From an uncultured Candidatus Bathyarchaeia archaeon (GTDB lineage: Archaea; Thermoproteota; Bathyarchaeia; Bathyarchaeales; Bathyarchaeaceae): a stretch of DNA of 64,000 nucleotides. The DNA lies in the NCBI GenBank assembly GCA_964510635.1, contig CAZEBS010000008.1, forward strand, positions 30,331 through 94,330. The letters are read 5' to 3'. Under the pieces are notes generated by a model. The model worked only from the letters and a program-made list of their open reading frames with translations, did no database searches and was not told the origin of the DNA. Position 1 is the stretch's first letter, and each line of letters opens with the position of its first letter. Of the stretch, positions 38,746-48,726 are shown piece after piece. The translations under genes were made by a program, and so were the position numbers.

Positions 38746-39873
38746 TTAACGCCTATCAATTGGCACAAATTTTGTACCATAAGCGCCTATGTATCGTGAA
38801 GTTGGACGAAGCAAAACCGAATCTGAGTACTGCTCCAATATGTGGCTTACCCATCCAGTTATCCGACTTGAAGCAAAAAATAACGTGAAGTATTCTTTGG
38901 GAATAGCCATTGCACTAAGAACAATAGCAGCATAAAAATCTACATTTGGAAAAATCTTCTTTTCCTTATGGACGACGTTTTGAATCTTTCTGGCTGTGTA
39001 ATATAATTCCATCCGGTTAATTTGCTGACACAAAGATTTGCTTATTTTTCTTAGATGTCTCGATCGAGGATCATTTACTGTATAGATCCGATGACCAAAG
39101 CCCATAATCTTCTTTCCATCAAAAAGCAGCCCTTGAACATAATCCTCCACATATTTGACATTATCTACATCTGATAACATGTGCATAACTCGCTCACTAG
39201 CTCCGCCATGTAATTTTCCTCTAAGGGTTCCAACCGCAGAGGTCACTGATGAATAAACATCTGAAAGTGTGCTCGCAGTAACCCGCGCAGCAAAAGTAGA
39301 CGCATTTAATCCATGATCAGCATGCAGTATCATATATCGATCAATTGCTTCTTGTTCTTTTTCATCCGCAGGTTTTCCTCTAAACAGGTAAAGGAAGTTT
39401 TCAGAGAAGCTATACTCCTTTTTAGGCTGTACAAGTTCTTTATCATTTCTAATTCGATAAATTGCAGAAACTAAAGTTGGAACTTTAGCCACTAAACTAA
39501 TCGCTCTATTAATGTTAACTGCTTCAGAAAACTCGTTCGGATTCTCATCATATTCACCTAACTTAGAAATTGAAGTACGCAATATTTGCATTGGATGAGT
39601 GATGTTTGGTGATTCTTTAATGCTGTTAATAACTTGTTTGGGTAGTTTCATTTCTGAAAACAGTTTTTGCCGGATAGCGTCCAGTTCGATTTCATCGGGA
39701 AGTTTTCTGAACAATAAAAGGTGAATTACTTCTTCATAACTAACTCGACCTATGAGTCGATCGAGGTCATAACCGACATAATATAATGCTCCTAGTGGAT
39801 CCACAAAACTTAGGTGTGTTTGACAGGCTGCAACATCTCTTAGCCCACGAATATATTCTTTTTCATACGACAT
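38746..39873 (-). CDS. gltA: citrate synthase
   Basis: It has the catalytic-site motifs LHADHGLNAST and MGFGHRIYTVNDPR, and its 375 aa match the small archaeal type. Confidence 0.92.
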   Translation of the reverse strand: MSYEKEYIRGLRDVAACQTHLSFVDPLGALYYVGYDLDRLIGRVSYEEVIHLLLFRKLPDEIELDAIRQKLFSEMKLPKQVINSIKESPNITHPMQILRTSISKLGEYDENPNEFSEAVNINRAISLVAKVPTLVSAIYRIRNDKELVQPKKEYSFSENFLYLFRGKPADEKEQEAIDRYMILHADHGLNASTFAARVTASTLSDVYSSVTSAVGTLRGKLHGGASERVMHMLSDVDNVKYVEDYVQGLLFDGKKIMGFGHRIYTVNDPRSRHLRKISKSLCQQINRMELYYTARKIQNVVHKEKKIFPNVDFYAAIVLSAMAIPKEYFTLFFASSRITGWVSHILEQYSDSVLLRPTSRYIGAYGTKFVPIDRR

Positions 39874-40353
39874 TCAAATTCAACTCTTTTAGATAACCAC
39901 ACATACTGAAAACATATTACAAATCATCTGAAGGGGAAAACTTGCTGATTTCATCGAACTTGCTTCTATTAATTCCCTTCAGTTGTCAGTCTATGGGAAA
40001 CAATAGAAATATTTGTATAGATAATAATAAGTTTTGTTAATATTTTCTGCGGGGTTGAATGTGAGTACATTCAGTACAAAAGGAGCAAATTATTCGGGTT
40101 TAGGTTAAAATTTAGCCCAAAAAAGTAAGACCTAAAATGGGCGTTTGGGGGATGGAATAGGTCTTACTGGACCTGATGGACCATACGGGTTTAAAGGATA
40201 AAACTGATTTGGAAGCTGTTCAATTTCTGCAACTTTTGTGTTCATTTATGATACACCATGTTTTTGGCTAATAACTTGGTAATCACTACTAGCTAACGCA
40301 TTGGAGATATTTGTTGACTAAGAATAACGAAATCTAATCACATCAAAGAAGTT

Positions 40354-40929
40354 TTAGTTATTTTCTGCCTTCGAAATTAATTTCGTAATGTAACCCATCA
40401 ACTGGTAAGAAACACTTAGGCGAGAGGAAAAATCAGTTTCCGAGATGGCTTTTGAATATATCTGGAGCATTTCGTCGGTGAAAACAGCTGAGACAATAAT
40501 TTCGCCATTAGTTGTAATCCATTTTAGTTCAACAGTTTCCTCTGAAACCGAGTAACCTAACCAGCGAAGACTGCCAAACCATTTACCTTTTAGGTCAGAG
40601 GCAATTTTGTCGACTGAAAGTTCAGGAGGAAAAAATGATTGAAGTACAGGTATTCTTGTTGGGGTAGACGTCTCATGGTGCTGTTTGAGTAATTGTTTAC
40701 CTTTTGTTGTTAAGGAGTAACCGTTATCGGTTTTTTCGAGAATTTCATCTTCAGTTAATCTGGTCAGTATCCTAGAGAGGGTTTCAGGATGAATCTTCAG
40801 TCTTCTTTTTAATCCTTCAAAGGTGAAGTGCGTAAGATCTTCGATGTAAATTATTTGAATAACATCTATATCTTGTTCTTTAAGTTCCAAAATGTTGGTC
40901 CAAGATTCATCCAATATTATATCGCTCAC
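40354..40929 (-). CDS. winged-helix DNA-binding protein, hypothetical
   Basis: The central wHTH-like segment is FEGLKRRLKIHPETLSRILTRLTEDEILEK.DNGYSLTTKG. The C-terminal domain is unknown. Confidence 0.45.
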   Translation of the reverse strand: MSDIILDESWTNILELKEQDIDVIQIIYIEDLTHFTFEGLKRRLKIHPETLSRILTRLTEDEILEKTDNGYSLTTKGKQLLKQHHETSTPTRIPVLQSFFPPELSVDKIASDLKGKWFGSLRWLGYSVSEETVELKWITTNGEIIVSAVFTDEMLQIYSKAISETDFSSRLSVSYQLMGYITKLISKAENN

Positions 40930-41036
40930 GAACTATGATGGGTTCGGTCTCTTTTGAAGATTACCATTTTGTAATAAAGATTGATGCCGTTTTACATATA
41001 CTATTATAGATAAAACACGTAGAACAGTCTGAAGGT

Positions 41037-42332
41037 TTGGTGTGGGCTTTGAGGGTTGTTGCTGATCTTCATATTCACAGCAGGTTTAGCCGTGCTACGA
41101 GCCAGAGCATGAACATAACCGAGATAAGCTGTTTTGCAAAAATCAAGGGCTTGAAGCTTGTGGGCACAGGCGATTTTACTCACCCAAAATGGTTCAGCGA
41201 ATTAGCTAACGAACTGACAGAAGATTCGGACACCAGCCTGTACTGCTCCAAGATGCATCCTGATTCTCCTATCCGTTACATGTTAACGGCGGAAGTCTGC
41301 ACCATATACCCTGTTGACGGCAAATCCAAGAAGATACATCATGTCATTTTTACGCCCAGCCTAGAAACTGTCACACAAATCAATGATAGACTCAAAAAGT
41401 ACGGCGACTTGGCTGTGGATGGTAGACCAATCCTTGACATGACCTGCCCCCAGCTTGTGGAAGAGGTTATGGACGTTTCAGACCAAAACGAAGTCATACC
41501 CGCTCACGTTTGGACGCCATGGTTCAGCCTCTTCGGCGCCTTCAGCGGCTTCGACAACATAAAAGACTGCTACCAAGACATGACACGGCACATTCATGCC
41601 CTAGAAACGGGACTCTCCTCAGACCCCCCCATGAACTGGAGACTAAGCAGTCTCGACAGGTTCACATTGATTTCTAACAGTGATTGTCACAGCCACTGGC
41701 CATGGAGAATCGGCAGAGAAGCCAACGTCCTTGAACTAGAGAAGCTGACCTACATGGAAGTGCTTGATACCATACGCAAAAAGGACCCTAAACGCTTCAA
41801 ATACACAATAGAAACCAACCCCGCGTACGGCAAATATCACTGGACAGGACACAGAAACTGCAACGTCTCCCTATCGCCCCAAGAAGCCATAAAATACGGC
41901 AACCACTGCCCAGTCTGCGGCAGAAAACTCACCCGAGGAGTCGACCAGAGAATCGAGGAGCTGGCTGACCGCCCCGCCGACTACACACCAGAGAATCCGA
42001 TAGGCTACAAGCGGCTGCTGCCCCTCTCTGAAATCATCACTGCAGTTTTGGGTGTGAGTTATCAGGGAGCCAAAAAAGTGTGGAGCATCTACAACCCACT
42101 AATAGCAAAGTTTGGTGACGAATACACTGTGCTCATTGATGCCTCCAAACAGGAAATGGAGAAGATTGTTGATTCAAGGATTGCAGAAGCCATAATCAGG
42201 GTTAGAGAAGAAAAAGCCAAGGTGATACCTGGATACGATGGCGTGTATGGGCAACTTGTAATCTTTGACGAAAAACAGGAAGCCTCGGCATCCAAGAAGC
42301 CTAAACAGAAGAGCATGGTAGACTTCATGTAG
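41037..42332 (+). CDS. endoQ: EndoQ-like PHP-domain endonuclease (TIGR00375 family)
   Basis: It has ADLHIHSRFSRATS and GTGDFTHPKW PHP motifs, NSDCHS, and an internal zinc finger NHCPVCGRKLTRGV. Its length of about 430 aa matches EndoQ. Confidence 0.65.
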   Translation: MVWALRVVADLHIHSRFSRATSQSMNITEISCFAKIKGLKLVGTGDFTHPKWFSELANELTEDSDTSLYCSKMHPDSPIRYMLTAEVCTIYPVDGKSKKIHHVIFTPSLETVTQINDRLKKYGDLAVDGRPILDMTCPQLVEEVMDVSDQNEVIPAHVWTPWFSLFGAFSGFDNIKDCYQDMTRHIHALETGLSSDPPMNWRLSSLDRFTLISNSDCHSHWPWRIGREANVLELEKLTYMEVLDTIRKKDPKRFKYTIETNPAYGKYHWTGHRNCNVSLSPQEAIKYGNHCPVCGRKLTRGVDQRIEELADRPADYTPENPIGYKRLLPLSEIITAVLGVSYQGAKKVWSIYNPLIAKFGDEYTVLIDASKQEMEKIVDSRIAEAIIRVREEKAKVIPGYDGVYGQLVIFDEKQEASASKKPKQKSMVDFM

Positions 42333-42404
42333 GCTTAAGGTTCACCAACAGTTTTAAGACAGAACAAAAACCTTAATCGTCATACAAAAAGGGATGAACG
42401 TGTT

Positions 42405-43787
42405 TTGAAGGACATGCTGACGAAAGCTGTTGATTATGGCAGAAGCCTCGGCGCCGAATACGTTGAAGTTCGGGCACAAAACCTCTTCAAAACCCTCCTG
42501 ACAACCAAAGACGGCACAGTTGAAGGAGCAAAAGAGGGAACCGAAATGGGCGCAGGCGTCAGAGCCCTAGCCGATGGTGCGTGGGGCTTCGTCTCCATTG
42601 GAAAACTGGAACATAAACAGCTAACAGACGCTGTAGCTGAGGCAGTCAGGTTAGCTAAGGCGGCGGGTCTCCGCGTGAAGAAGCCTGTGAAGCTTGCAGA
42701 CGTAAAAGCTGTAGAGGATAAGGTTGTGGCGGCTCCGAGGAAGAATCCGCAGAATGTTTCTATGGAAGAAAAGATTGAGAACACGTTGGCGATGGATAAG
42801 ACGGCTTTTGGTTATGACAAGCGGATAAGAAGCTGCACTATCAATTACTTGGATGTTACAGGAACAAACATTTTCGTCAACAGTGACGGCGCATGCATAG
42901 AACAGAACAAACTTTACGTTTGGTCAAGGATTCTAGCCTCGGCACGACAAAACAGCATCTACGCATCCGCAAGAGAGGAAATAGGCTCCACCTCAGGCTA
43001 CGAAATCTTCGACACCGAAACCCCAGAAAAGATAGGAACCATGGTTGCCAAGCGGGTGGTTGAGCAACTGAAAGCTAAAACACCAAAGGGCGGAAGCTTC
43101 CCAGCAGTCATAGGACCAAACGTTGTCGGTGTCTTCATCCATGAAGCAATGGGGCACCTGGCAGAAGCAGACCTCACCCTGTCTGGCTCCGCACTTTTTG
43201 ACAAGCTTGGAAAACAGATTGCATCAGACCGTGTTACAGTCTATGATGACGGCACAGTCGAGGGCGCTTTTGGCTCCTTCAAGTACGACGACGAAGGAGT
43301 CAGAACACAAAAAACGCCACTAATAGAAAAGGGAACATTGACTGGGCTAATGCATGACAGGGAAACAGCCCACAAACTAGACATGACGCCCACAGGCAAC
43401 GCCAGAGCCGAAGACTTCAGGTCAGAACCCATCATCAGAATGCGGAACACATACCTTGCAGCGGGCGACAGCAGCTTCGAAGAACTGATCGAGGGCATCA
43501 AATTCGGTTACTACCTGAAAAGCTTCAGGGGCGGACAGGCAAACATGGACGGAACATTTCAGGTGGGCATACAGGAAGCCTATGAAATCGTTAAAGGCAA
43601 AGTAGGAGACCCTGCGAGAAGCGCGTCAATAAGCGGAAACACCCTTGAGACACTGCATAGGGTGGAGGCGGTTGGCAGAGACTTCGAGTTGTGGCCAGGA
43701 AGATGCGGTAAAGGTCAGACAGCCTTCATCTGTGATGGCGGACCCCATATTCGTGTGGGAGAGGTGATTATCGGTGGAGGAGCCTAA
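42405..43787 (+). CDS. tldD: TldD-family metalloprotease
   Basis: The HExxxH motif is present (FIHEAMGHLAEAD), with TldD/PmbA-family architecture. It is adjacent to the PmbA paralogue and overlaps it. Confidence 0.85.
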   Translation: MKDMLTKAVDYGRSLGAEYVEVRAQNLFKTLLTTKDGTVEGAKEGTEMGAGVRALADGAWGFVSIGKLEHKQLTDAVAEAVRLAKAAGLRVKKPVKLADVKAVEDKVVAAPRKNPQNVSMEEKIENTLAMDKTAFGYDKRIRSCTINYLDVTGTNIFVNSDGACIEQNKLYVWSRILASARQNSIYASAREEIGSTSGYEIFDTETPEKIGTMVAKRVVEQLKAKTPKGGSFPAVIGPNVVGVFIHEAMGHLAEADLTLSGSALFDKLGKQIASDRVTVYDDGTVEGAFGSFKYDDEGVRTQKTPLIEKGTLTGLMHDRETAHKLDMTPTGNARAEDFRSEPIIRMRNTYLAAGDSSFEELIEGIKFGYYLKSFRGGQANMDGTFQVGIQEAYEIVKGKVGDPARSASISGNTLETLHRVEAVGRDFELWPGRCGKGQTAFICDGGPHIRVGEVIIGGGA

Positions 43788-45147
43788 AATGCAAGAACTG
43801 ATGGAGATTGGGAAGAGGGCAGTTAACGTTGCCCTAAGAAGAGGCGCTGAAGAGGCTGAAGCTTATCTAAACATGAGTACAGGCACATCCATAGACATTG
43901 AGAGGGGGCAAATTGTCAGAAGCGCCAAGCATATGGACCAGGGTTTAGGAGTAAGGGCAGTTTACGGGAAAGCAGTAGGCTTCGCATACACGAACACGCT
44001 AACAAACAAGAGCATAGAAGATGCTGCAGAAAGAGCTTTCAAGGCAGCTAAAGCCAGCAAACCAGACAAGAACTGGCACAAGTTTCCCAGCCAAGGACGT
44101 TACTGTGAAACAAGAGGCACATACGACAAAAAGATAGAGGCGCTCTCTTCAGATGAGCTCGTAGAAACTGCCGCAACCATGCTAGAGACGACCACAACAT
44201 TTGATAAGCGAGTTTTGGCTGTTGAGGGAGGAGTGGGAGCATCTGTCTTTCAATCAGCTGTTGTTAATTCCAGCGGCGTTGAAGCCATCGACAGGGGCAC
44301 GGCTGTTGGATGCTCCATGGAGACTATAGCAAGGGATGGCGCAGATGTGACTCCAGCATGTTTTGAAGTGAATGCAGAGAGAGTCTATGACATTGATGCT
44401 GAGGCTGTTGGAGCTGAGGCTGCGAGGCAGGCTGTCTCATCTCTTGGAGCCAAAAAGATAGAGTCGGGTGTTTTTCCTGTGATTTTTGCTCAGCCTGCGT
44501 TTGGTTGCCTTCTCTATTACACGCTGATTTATGCTGTTAAGGCAGATTATGTTCAGAGAGAAAGGTCTGCCCTCAAGGACAAAATCGGAGAAAAGGTTGC
44601 CTCAGACATTGTTACTGTATGGGATGATGGGCTTCTTGATGGCGGCTTGTCCACAAGAAAGTTTGATGGGGAAGGCGTTCCAGCCCAAAAAACGGTGGTC
44701 ATAGACAAGGGCGTGCTCAAGAATTTCCTCTACGACAGCTACACGGCAAACAAGGCTGAAGTTGCGAGCACAGGAAACGCTTCAAGATCAGGACTAGCCC
44801 CCTACGCGTCCACGCCAGTTCTTGAAGCAAGCAACTTCACATTTAAGCAAGGAAACAAGACGGCTGAGGAGCTTGTAGCAGAGGTTGATGAGGGTCTGCT
44901 GGTGTATGGGGTTCAGGGTGCCCACAGCAGCAATCCAGAGAGTGGAGAGTTTAGTGTTGTGGCGACTCCTGTTTGGAAGATTGAGGGCGGAGAGGTGGCT
45001 TATGCTGTTCGTGGTGTGATGATTACTGGTGTTGTTTTTGATGTTTTGAGGAATGTTTCGGCTCTTGGCAGTAACGTTAAGAAGTTGGGGCAGCTTGTTG
45101 CGCCGTGGATTAGAGTGGAAGACGTCAGAGCTGTGGGAAGGTTATGA
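43774..45147 (+). CDS. pmbA: PmbA/TldE-family protein
   Basis: It shows PmbA_TldD family similarity throughout and lacks HExxxH. The start is either GTG 43774 or ATG 43789. Confidence 0.8.
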   Translation: MEEPKMQELMEIGKRAVNVALRRGAEEAEAYLNMSTGTSIDIERGQIVRSAKHMDQGLGVRAVYGKAVGFAYTNTLTNKSIEDAAERAFKAAKASKPDKNWHKFPSQGRYCETRGTYDKKIEALSSDELVETAATMLETTTTFDKRVLAVEGGVGASVFQSAVVNSSGVEAIDRGTAVGCSMETIARDGADVTPACFEVNAERVYDIDAEAVGAEAARQAVSSLGAKKIESGVFPVIFAQPAFGCLLYYTLIYAVKADYVQRERSALKDKIGEKVASDIVTVWDDGLLDGGLSTRKFDGEGVPAQKTVVIDKGVLKNFLYDSYTANKAEVASTGNASRSGLAPYASTPVLEASNFTFKQGNKTAEELVAEVDEGLLVYGVQGAHSSNPESGEFSVVATPVWKIEGGEVAYAVRGVMITGVVFDVLRNVSALGSNVKKLGQLVAPWIRVEDVRAVGRL

Positions 45148-45232
45148 AACATTTTTATTGTTAGTGGGACTCACGTCTTTACTATTGCCTTAAGAACAGA
45201 AACGGCATAAACTTCAGGAGAAATGGCAAAAA

Positions 45233-46156
45233 ATGACGGAAACAGAAGCAGCGGCGTCTCGCGGCGGAAATTCATTCAACTTTCAGGTACTCAGGAAGGT
45301 TGTCCAGTTTCTCTCTTTTCTGCTGTTTGTTGCTGTTGTTTTCGGTCTCGGACCATTACCAATTGTTCTTCCGGTCATGTTTACTTTGGGGCTCCAGCAG
45401 CAGGCAATGGGCGACGCTTTTGCTATGCTGCAGGTGATGCTGAGTGAGGGGCTTCTTCCGTTGATTCCCTTAGCCTCCTTTTTCTTGGTTACCGTTTTTT
45501 TGGGTAGGTCCATGTGTGGCTGGGTTTGTCCCTTCGGCTTTGTTCAGGACCTGATAGGATACATTAAAATTGAACATAGTGAGCTTTCGGATAGAACTCA
45601 CGAGTGGATGGTTAACATCAAGTATCTTGTTTTGTTGGCTGTGCTCCTTGTCAGTGGCTCCGTGGCGGCTGTTGTGGCTTCGGGGGGAGGTGAAGGGGTT
45701 AAGGCGGCTTTGGGGGTCTTTGCTGAGGTGCCCTTTAGTGCTTTGAGTCCTGCGGATACGTTGTTTGCGGTTATTCCAAATGGAGTTGCTAACTTAGCGG
45801 GTGGCGTTGATTCTTTTTTGGCAGGAGCTTTGGCTATTCGTCCTCTCCTGTGGGTGCGCATGGTTATTTTGGGGGCGGTGCTGGTTTTTGCATATTATGT
45901 TCCAAGGAGCTGGTGCAAGTATTTCTGTCCTCATGGCGCAATCTTGGCTTTCTTGAATCGATTTAGTTTCTTGGGTTTGCAGAGAGACCCGTTGAAGTGT
46001 ACTAAGGCGGGATGTAGCGACTGTGTTCAGGCATGTCCGATGAACGTTCCTATACTGGAGTTGCCGTGGGAGAAGTTCACGCATCCAGAGTGCACTTACT
46101 GCATGAAGTGTGTAGACGCTTGCACAACAAAGGCCATCAAACCAAAAGTCCCCTAA
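45233..46156 (+). CDS. membrane-bound 4Fe-4S protein (NapH/NosR/MauN-like)
   Basis: Its TM helices are interleaved with CGWVCPFG and CKYFCPHG motifs. It has a C-terminal 2x[4Fe-4S] ferredoxin, CSDCVQACP and CTYCMKCVDAC. Confidence 0.75.
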   Translation: MTETEAAASRGGNSFNFQVLRKVVQFLSFLLFVAVVFGLGPLPIVLPVMFTLGLQQQAMGDAFAMLQVMLSEGLLPLIPLASFFLVTVFLGRSMCGWVCPFGFVQDLIGYIKIEHSELSDRTHEWMVNIKYLVLLAVLLVSGSVAAVVASGGGEGVKAALGVFAEVPFSALSPADTLFAVIPNGVANLAGGVDSFLAGALAIRPLLWVRMVILGAVLVFAYYVPRSWCKYFCPHGAILAFLNRFSFLGLQRDPLKCTKAGCSDCVQACPMNVPILELPWEKFTHPECTYCMKCVDACTTKAIKPKVP

Positions 46157-46364
46157 GTCGAGAATTGGTTATGAAAAAGAAGTAGGCGAGCTTCAGGAAA
46201 GTAAAGTATTGATTCTGAAATGAGGAGAGCTTGAGTTCTTCTTAATCCGTTTCTTTATAAGAGTGCAAGCAGTAGTATAGTTGAAGAGCTTTCTTTTATT
46301 GAAGGGATTTCTCCCACCGAATAACTGGATTCTTTTCTATTCAACTATACAGAGGTGAAGTTAC

Positions 46365-46604
46365 ATGCCCCAAAAAAGGATGTTTGATGTTAAGTGTACT
46401 GATTGCGGCAAAGCTACTACTGTACCGTTTGAGCCCACGAAAGGCAAACCAGTTTACTGCAGAACATGTTTCTCAAAACGCAGGAATAATCAGCAGGAAA
46501 GGCCTAGTGTAAGCAGAAGGTTTGATATGAAAAATGCATGGGCAATACGCGGAGATAAATGGCAAGGAAGACAAGAAGTACATCAGAACGTTTTCAAGAA
46601 ATAG
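46365..46604 (+). CDS. CxxC-x17-CxxC zinc-ribbon protein with a basic tail
   Basis: The zinc ribbon is KCTDCGKATTVPFEPTKGKPVYCRTCFSKRR. A GAGGTGA Shine-Dalgarno-like motif lies just upstream. Confidence 0.6.
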   Translation: MPQKRMFDVKCTDCGKATTVPFEPTKGKPVYCRTCFSKRRNNQQERPSVSRRFDMKNAWAIRGDKWQGRQEVHQNVFKK

Positions 46605-46681
46605 GTGTTAAATTTTGATGCCCAAATTTTGGTGATGGGTAGTTAAATACCTGTTAAGAACGCAGGTATAGTGATTGTACT

Positions 46682-46906
46682 ATGGGTGATTCTGACTTGG
46701 TGAAATGGGAATATACTGTGCTTGCGTTGAAGACTAAGGTTCATGTTAGTCGGCACGAGAGAGAAAAAAATCCTACTATACAAAATGTGCAAAAAGAATT
46801 GAACGATTTGGGGGAAGAGGGATGGGAACTGGTGGGTGTTCAAAATATTCGCTTAGAAACGGGCATGTTGTTTACTGTTGCATATCTTAAACGGGAAAAA
46901 CCATAA
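46682..46906 (+). CDS. DUF4177-like small protein
   Basis: The pattern WEYTVL...LNDLGEEGWELVGV is typical of DUF4177. Confidence 0.5.
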   Translation: MGDSDLVKWEYTVLALKTKVHVSRHEREKNPTIQNVQKELNDLGEEGWELVGVQNIRLETGMLFTVAYLKREKP

Positions 46907-46955
46907 ACCATCAGACCAAAATACCATAACTTAAGTTAGCTTCGGGGAGCAGCGT

Positions 46956-47660
46956 ATGAACGTAGTAAACCAAGTTAGGCAAGAACTGCAAAGGAATGTT
47001 GATCCGAACACGGGGATGTATTCGCGGTCCTTTTTCAAGGAAGAAATCAAGTCTCTTGGCGTTAAGATTCCTGTGGTAACAAAGATTGCTGAAAGGCTGT
47101 TTGAGCAAATTGGGCACTTGAGTAAAGACACCATTTTTGGGTATTGTGAAGAGTTGCTTAGGTCTGGTTATGTTGAAGAGGCTTTTGTTGCCTATAGATG
47201 GTCAGATTTTCTGAAGAAAAGGTATGAGCCAGGAGATTTTGTGGTTTTCGAGAGGTGGCTGAGCACGTATGTGAGTAACTGGGCAGAATGTGACACCTTA
47301 TGTAATCATACGTTGGGTACTTTTGTGGAGAGGTATCCTGAGTATGTTGAGAGGTTGAAGGAGTGGACTCAATCGCAGAGCAGGTGGGTTAGGAGGGGGG
47401 CGGCAGTAACGTTGATTTTGCCTGCTAGAAAGGGGTTGTTTTTGGATGATGTGTTGGAGATAGCGGACAAGCTGTTGCTTGACGAGGATGATTTGGTTCA
47501 GAAGGGATACGGTTGGATGCTTAGGGAAGCAAGCAAAAAGCACCAAAAAGTAGTGTTTGATTACGTCATCAAAAATAGGGCAACGATGCCAAGAACTGCA
47601 CTACGGTATGCCATCGAAAAGATGCCGCAGGACCTACGAAAAGAGGCAATGAAGAAGTAG
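46956..47660 (+). CDS. DNA alkylation repair protein (AlkD/PF08713 HEAT-like)
   Basis: It has the characteristic WAECDTLCNHTLG, RWVRRGAAVTLI, LVQKGYGWMLREASKKH and MPRTALRYAIEKM segments. Confidence 0.8.
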   Translation: MNVVNQVRQELQRNVDPNTGMYSRSFFKEEIKSLGVKIPVVTKIAERLFEQIGHLSKDTIFGYCEELLRSGYVEEAFVAYRWSDFLKKRYEPGDFVVFERWLSTYVSNWAECDTLCNHTLGTFVERYPEYVERLKEWTQSQSRWVRRGAAVTLILPARKGLFLDDVLEIADKLLLDEDDLVQKGYGWMLREASKKHQKVVFDYVIKNRATMPRTALRYAIEKMPQDLRKEAMKK

Positions 47661-47676
47661 GTTTCTAGGCTGTCTG

Positions 47677-48234
47677 CTATTTTGTGCAGATTCCTTCTAG
47701 GCAATAGACGGTTAGTTTCTGTTTTTGTGGGCATTTGTTTTCCAAGTCGCATCTTGGGCATAGCGTGGAAATGTCAGAGATGTTCAGTGTTCCGTTGCTT
47801 TCGTGTATTGAGTAGACCAGTTTGAGGTATTTGCCTTCAGCTATCCGTGGAATCCTGTTTCTGTTTTTGAGTTCAAACCATTCGTAGAGCCGCTTATCGC
47901 CTTTTGAGCAGTTGCAGGTTTTGCATACGAAGACAGCGTTATCTGCAGTGTCTGGACCACCTCTTGAGCGGGGCAAAATATGCTCCAACGTCAAGTCACA
48001 TTTTTTTCCGCAATAAATACAGACATCAGGCTGTTCCCGTTCTTTGACGTATTCTCTGATTGAGGTAGACCAGTTGATTTCTCCAGAAACAAGCTTCTTG
48101 AAACGGTTCATAATGAAACCGTACTGCTTCTTTCCGTATCCAGCTGACTCAGCAATTATCTTCGCATACTGCCAGAAAATCAGGTCCTGAATAGTCTTCA
48201 CAGCACGGGGAGGCAAACTAAAGACCACATGCAA
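47677..48234 (-). CDS. HNH endonuclease
   Basis: The HNH core is CIYCGKK.DLTLEHILPRSRGGPDTADNAVFVCKTCNCSKGDK. The last 10 codons lie inside the 32-bp repeat at 47680-47711. Confidence 0.85.
   Translation of the reverse strand: MHVVFSLPPRAVKTIQDLIFWQYAKIIAESAGYGKKQYGFIMNRFKKLVSGEINWSTSIREYVKEREQPDVCIYCGKKCDLTLEHILPRSRGGPDTADNAVFVCKTCNCSKGDKRLYEWFELKNRNRIPRIAEGKYLKLVYSIHESNGTLNISDISTLCPRCDLENKCPQKQKLTVYCLEGICTK
47680..47711 (+). repeat. 32-bp direct repeat, copy 1 (29/32 identical to 49482-49513)
   Basis: Copy 1 is ttttgtgcagattccttcTaggcaAtagAcgg and copy 2 is ttttgtgcagattccttcAaggcaGtagGcgg. On the minus strand both encode YCLEGICTK. Confidence 0.85.
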
Positions 48235-48301
48235 CTTAGATTTGAGGCATTATTAGATTTTGCTACAAACAAATCAGGACAAAACGAATCAATGAATTCC
48301 A

Positions 48302-48715
48302 TTAGAGGGGGTTGCAGGTGTAGCATTTTTTGGTGTGGACGCAGATTACTCCGCCGCAGGTTGGGCATTTCCATTTTTCTTTTTCGCGTTCTAGGAAGGC
48401 GTCCATGCCATGGGTTTTGATGTAGTTAAGGTTGTCAATTAGGCTTAATCCGTATCTTGGGGCGTAAGTTTTTTCGATTCTTTCTAGTTGCTCACATGGA
48501 TAATATGAGCACTCGAAGCAGTAGTCAACAGGTTCCTTGTTTGCGATTGCTTTGCAGCTTTTTTTGATGAAGGCACATAATGATTTTCTTGTTCGGCAGC
48601 CTTTACAAGGGTGCTTCCGTTTTTTTCCGCTCATTGTGTAGCCAAAGAAGGCTAGGCAGGTTCCGCAGTTGATTCCGCATTGTGCGATTAGTTTTGCATC
48701 AAAGTTTTTGGTCAT
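48302..48715 (-). CDS. DUF3795-like Cys-rich protein
   Basis: The track ORF (48302..48913) was trimmed to the internal ATG at 48715. The product MTKNFDAKLIAQCGINCGTCLAFFG...CKGCR...CFECSYYPCEQL...CPTCGG matches the DUF3795 cysteine pattern. The removed 66-aa Arg/Pro-rich extension overlaps the next gene. Confidence 0.6.
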   Translation of the reverse strand: MTKNFDAKLIAQCGINCGTCLAFFGYTMSGKKRKHPCKGCRTRKSLCAFIKKSCKAIANKEPVDYCFECSYYPCEQLERIEKTYAPRYGLSLIDNLNYIKTHGMDAFLEREKEKWKCPTCGGVICVHTKKCYTCNPL

Positions 48716-48726
48716 TCGAGTTTCAC

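Noticed and set aside
40141-40230. A candidate C/D-box sRNA (GATGGA...CTGATGGA...CTGA)
   Set aside because: The box sequences deviate from RUGAUGA. The spacing of the C to D' and C' to D boxes does not fit the 12-nt guide architecture.
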